Assembly: GCA_964202905.1 (NCBI GenBank)
Contig: CAXNJO010000005.1
Span: forward strand, 256,001-320,000
DNA from: Polyangiales bacterium
GTDB lineage: Bacteria > Myxococcota_A > Polyangia > Polyangiales > JADJQN01
DNA: 64,000 nucleotides
Direction: 5' to 3'
Below are positions 60,769-64,000 of the stretch, piece after piece. A program made the position numbers and the translations under genes. Numbering within the stretch: position 1 is the first letter of the stretch; each line of letters begins with the position of its first letter. The notes beneath the pieces were generated by a model that was not told where the DNA came from, ran no database searches, and saw nothing but the letters and a program-made list of their open reading frames with translations.

Positions 60769-61554
60769 CTACGCGGTCGTCCGCGCGAGCACGCTCACCC
60801 CGGGCAGCGCGCCGCGATCGACGCGCAACAGCGTGCCCGAAGGGACCTCGCGCCAGGGCTCGTCGCTGATCTGCTCGGAGGCGATGAGGACGGCGCCGCG
60901 GCGCGGGGTCCACGGCGTCTCGAGCGTCGCGAACGTCTCGACCGAGGTGCGCTCGGTGCGGACCTCGTCGCCCGGGCGGCGCGCGAGCGTGAAGAGCGTG
61001 CGGCCGAAGCGGTGCGCGTAGAGCACCTCGCCGTCGCCGAGCAGGAAATTCGCGGCGACGCCACTGCGCTTCACGAGCGCGCGCAGCGCGTCCGCGAGCG
61101 CGTCGTCGGGGGCGTCGGGGCGCGCGTCGAGCGCGGTGAGCAGATACGCGAAGAAGAGCTCGCTGTCCGTCTGCCCCACGATCTCGGCGAGGCGCTCGGG
61201 CGCGCAGTGCGCCCGCAGGAACGCCTGATCGTCGATCGTCCCGTTGTGCGCGAACGTCCAGCGGTCGCGCACGAAGGGGTGCGTGTTGTCGCGCCCGATC
61301 GCGCCGACCGTGCGCTTGCGGACGTGCGCGATCAGCACCCGCCCACGCCGCGTCGCGCTCACGGCCGCGAACTGCGCGTCTTCCTGCGCGCACGCAGGCT
61401 CCTTCTCGACCTGCCAGTCCGCGCCGTCGTGCACCGCGACGCCCCAGCCGTCCGGGTGCTCCGGGGAGAGCACCGCAAGACTGCGCGGGGCATCCCGCAA
61501 ACAGAAGCGGAAGTTCGTCGTCTCGCTCGCGACCACGCCGATGAGGCGGCACAT
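60769..61554 (-). CDS. Class II glutamine amidotransferase (YafJ/EgtC-like)
   Basis: N-terminal MCRL, HPDGWG, AHVRK, NTHPF, FAHNG and GQTDSE motifs. Confidence 0.93.
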   Translation of the reverse strand: MCRLIGVVASETTNFRFCLRDAPRSLAVLSPEHPDGWGVAVHDGADWQVEKEPACAQEDAQFAAVSATRRGRVLIAHVRKRTVGAIGRDNTHPFVRDRWTFAHNGTIDDQAFLRAHCAPERLAEIVGQTDSELFFAYLLTALDARPDAPDDALADALRALVKRSGVAANFLLGDGEVLYAHRFGRTLFTLARRPGDEVRTERTSVETFATLETPWTPRRGAVLIASEQISDEPWREVPSGTLLRVDRGALPGVSVLARTTA

Positions 61555-61672
61555 GGCGCAGAGGATACGCCCGTCCGGGGTCCACGCGGCGCGTGAGCGC
61601 ACGGCGACCCCGCCGACGACCCGCCTGCGCGGCCCCTCGCCCACCGTGTCCGGCGACCCCAGACCCCGCCGC

Positions 61673-63148
61673 GTGACGGCTGCGGACTTCGACATCGCGG
61701 TGATCGGCGCGGGCTTCGGCGGCCTCGGGACGGCGCTCGCCGCGGCCGAGCGCGGGGCGCGCGTCGTGCTGCTCGAGACCCTCGCCTACCCGGGCGGCTG
61801 CGCATCGACCTTCACGCGCGGCGGCGTGCGCTACGAGTCGGGGGCGACGCTGTTCTCGGGCTTCGCGCCCGACCAGCTCTTCGCGCAGTGGATCGCCCGA
61901 CACGCGCTCGACGTGCGCTTCGTCCCGCTCGACCCGGTCATCACGCTGCGCGCGCCTGGGCTCTCGCTCGCGGTGCCCCCCGACCGCGCGCGACTCGTCG
62001 AGTCCATCGCGACGCTGCCCGGCGCGCCCTCGGAGCGCGTGCGGGCCTTCTTCGCCGAACAGGCGCGCGTGGCCGAGGCGCTCTGGGCGCTGCTCGCGGA
62101 TCCGACGCTGCTCCCGCCCTTCGGCGCGGCCGCGCTGCTGCGGCACGCCGCGCGGCTCCCGCAGTACCTGCCTGTCCTGCGCGTGATCGGCAAGCCGCTC
62201 GCCTCGGTGCTCGCGCGGCACGGCCTCGCGGACTTCGCGCCGCTTCGCACCTACGTCGACGCGATCTCTCAAATCACCGTGCAGGCGAGCGCGGCGGAGG
62301 CCGAGGCGCCCTTCGCGCTCTCCACGCTCGACTACCCCTTCCGCGGCACGGGCCACGTGCACGGCGGCGTCGGCAAGCTGGCGTGGGGCCTCGTCGCCGC
62401 GATCCGCGCGCTCGGCGGCGAGGTGCGTCTCCCTGACCGCGTGAACCGCGTCACGCGCGAGGGCGACGGCTACGTGCTCACGACGCGCAAGGGCACCGTG
62501 CGCGCGCGCCGCGTCGTGTTGAACCTGCTGCCGCAAGACGCCGCGAAGCTGCTCGACGTGCCGCTCCCCTCCGGCCTCGCGAAGCTCGCGGGCGAGGTCG
62601 CGCGCGGATGGGGTGCGGCGATGCTCTACCTGCGCGTGCGCGCCGACGCCGTGCACGAGGAGGGCCCCGCGCACCTCGAGCTGGTGAACGACGCGAACGC
62701 CCCTTTTCTCGAGGGAAACCACGTCTTCTGTTCGGTGAGCGGCCTCGACGAGCCGGACCGCGCGCCGCCGGGCGAGCGCACCGTGACGGTCTCCACGCAC
62801 GTCCCGCTCCCGCGGCTCGAGGCGCTCGAGGGCGAGGCGCGCGGCGCGTACGTGGCGGAGGTGCAGGCCGCGATGCGCCGCACGATCGAGGCCCGCGCGC
62901 CGGAGCTCGCCGCGGGCATCGTGCACGCGATGACGGGCAGCCCGCGCACCTTCGCGCGCTTCACCGGGCGGGCGGGCGGCGCGGTCGGCGGCGTGCCGCG
63001 ACGCGCGGGGCTGCACCATTACGTGGCCTTTCGCCCGCCGGAGCTCGCGCGGGGCGCGTTTCTGGTCGGCGACTCGGTCTTCCCCGGGCAGAGCACGCTC
63101 GCGACCGCGCTCGCCGGGGTGAAGCTCGCCGAAGCGCTCGCGCGCTGA
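61673..63148 (+). CDS. Phytoene desaturase / CrtD-like FAD oxidoreductase
   Basis: VIGAGFGG, PGGCASTF.R.G..YESGATL, SPRTFARFT and LVGDSVFPGQ motifs. Confidence 0.85.
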   Translation: MTAADFDIAVIGAGFGGLGTALAAAERGARVVLLETLAYPGGCASTFTRGGVRYESGATLFSGFAPDQLFAQWIARHALDVRFVPLDPVITLRAPGLSLAVPPDRARLVESIATLPGAPSERVRAFFAEQARVAEALWALLADPTLLPPFGAAALLRHAARLPQYLPVLRVIGKPLASVLARHGLADFAPLRTYVDAISQITVQASAAEAEAPFALSTLDYPFRGTGHVHGGVGKLAWGLVAAIRALGGEVRLPDRVNRVTREGDGYVLTTRKGTVRARRVVLNLLPQDAAKLLDVPLPSGLAKLAGEVARGWGAAMLYLRVRADAVHEEGPAHLELVNDANAPFLEGNHVFCSVSGLDEPDRAPPGERTVTVSTHVPLPRLEALEGEARGAYVAEVQAAMRRTIEARAPELAAGIVHAMTGSPRTFARFTGRAGGAVGGVPRRAGLHHYVAFRPPELARGAFLVGDSVFPGQSTLATALAGVKLAEALAR

Positions 63149-63246
63149 CGGCGCGCACGAGCCCGGGCACCGCGCCGCGCCGCGGCGGTTACTCGCCCGC
63201 CCGAGCGGCGTTTGGTAAAGCTCCCGCCCCACTCCGAGGTGCGCAC

Positions 63247-63840
63247 GTGTCCGAGCCGTCTCTCTCGTTCGTCTCCCGCTTCGTGCTCGCGTACATCGCG
63301 TTCTGGAAGATCCTCGTCGACGGGGTCTTCGCGGCGCGCGTGCAGGCCGCCCGCAGCGTCGGCCGCGACGGGGTGCCCGCGCTCCCTGCCGAGGAGCCGT
63401 CGGTGCGCCTCGAAGCGCCCGCGATCCCCAAGGCCGCGCCGCCCCCGCGCCTCCGCGAGGCCCCGACGGACGCCGCGCTCCAGCTCCTCGCCCTGCTCCA
63501 GCGCGAGGGCCGGTTCATCGACTTCGTGAAGGAAGACGTCTCGTCCTTCTCCGACGCGGAGATCGGCGCGGCGGCGCGCGTGGTGCACGACGGCTGCGCG
63601 CGCGCGCTCGGCGAGCACATGCAGATCCGCGAGGTGCGGAGCGAGCCCGAGGAGGCGCGCGTCACGCTCGAGGAGGGCTTCGCGGCGCAGGGCGTGCGCG
63701 TCACCGGCAACGTCCACGGCGAGCCGCCCTTCACCGGCACGCTGCGCCACCGCGGCTGGCGCGCCGCGGAGATCCGGCTGCCGCAGCTGGCCGAGGGACA
63801 CGACGTCGCCGTGATCGCGCCCGCCGAGGTCGAGCTGTGA
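63247..63840 (+). CDS. DUF2760 domain protein
   Basis: ALQLLALLQREGRFIDF, IGAAARVVH.GC, G.L.HRGW and APAEVEL motifs. Confidence 0.85.
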   Translation: MSEPSLSFVSRFVLAYIAFWKILVDGVFAARVQAARSVGRDGVPALPAEEPSVRLEAPAIPKAAPPPRLREAPTDAALQLLALLQREGRFIDFVKEDVSSFSDAEIGAAARVVHDGCARALGEHMQIREVRSEPEEARVTLEEGFAAQGVRVTGNVHGEPPFTGTLRHRGWRAAEIRLPQLAEGHDVAVIAPAEVEL

Positions 63841-64000
63841 GCGAGTCGTCGGGCTACGTGGTCGGCATCGACCTCGGGACCACGCACTGCGCACTCTCGT
63901 GGGTCGACGCCGACCTCTCCGAGGGCGACACGATCGCGGGCCGCGACCTCGCCGTCCCGCAGCTCGTCGCGCCGGGGCAGGTCGACGCGCGGCCGCTGCT
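63837..64000 (+). CDS. Hsp70 family protein (3' truncated by window)
   Basis: VVGIDLGTTHCALS..VPQLVAPG; GTGA overlap with the DUF2760 gene. Confidence 0.88.
   Translation, partial: MSESSGYVVGIDLGTTHCALSWVDADLSEGDTIAGRDLAVPQLVAPGQVDARPL

Overview
A very GC-rich bacterial window that is almost certainly myxobacterial (Polyangiales/Sandaracinus-like). The evidence is MYXO-CTERM-type tails, C-x-G-x-D-D-D-C-D-G repeat proteins and a Myxococcus-style pilA. About 39 genes can be supported. Housekeeping genes include mgtE, a UvrD/Rep helicase, hflX, nagZ, pcnB, coaX, ABC and OPT transporters and an RlmN-like radical SAM enzyme. These are interleaved with many surface or secreted proteins. Highlights: (1) a 2343-aa Cys-rich ORF that looks like a polyprotein of two surface proteins, joined by an internal MYXO-CTERM sorting signal followed directly by an internal lipoprotein signal peptide; (2) a translationally coupled pair of giant thioester-less alpha-2-macroglobulin-like proteins, each carrying an embedded GspG-pseudopilin-like motif; (3) a one-gene AAA_14/DUF4143 islet bounded by a 39-bp direct repeat of the GST 3' end, with a tandem palindromic operator; (4) a protein with a HEPN/DUF4145-like domain, a coiled coil and an FGE-type C-lectin domain whose 3' end resembles a DGR target; (5) a readable sigma-54 promoter with two palindromic enhancer sites upstream of pilA. 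About eight genes or gene ends carry single-base frameshifts, which most likely reflects assembly indel error. No rRNA, tRNA, CRISPR array, transposase, integrase or reverse transcriptase was seen. All family assignments come from motif recognition by eye, not database searches.
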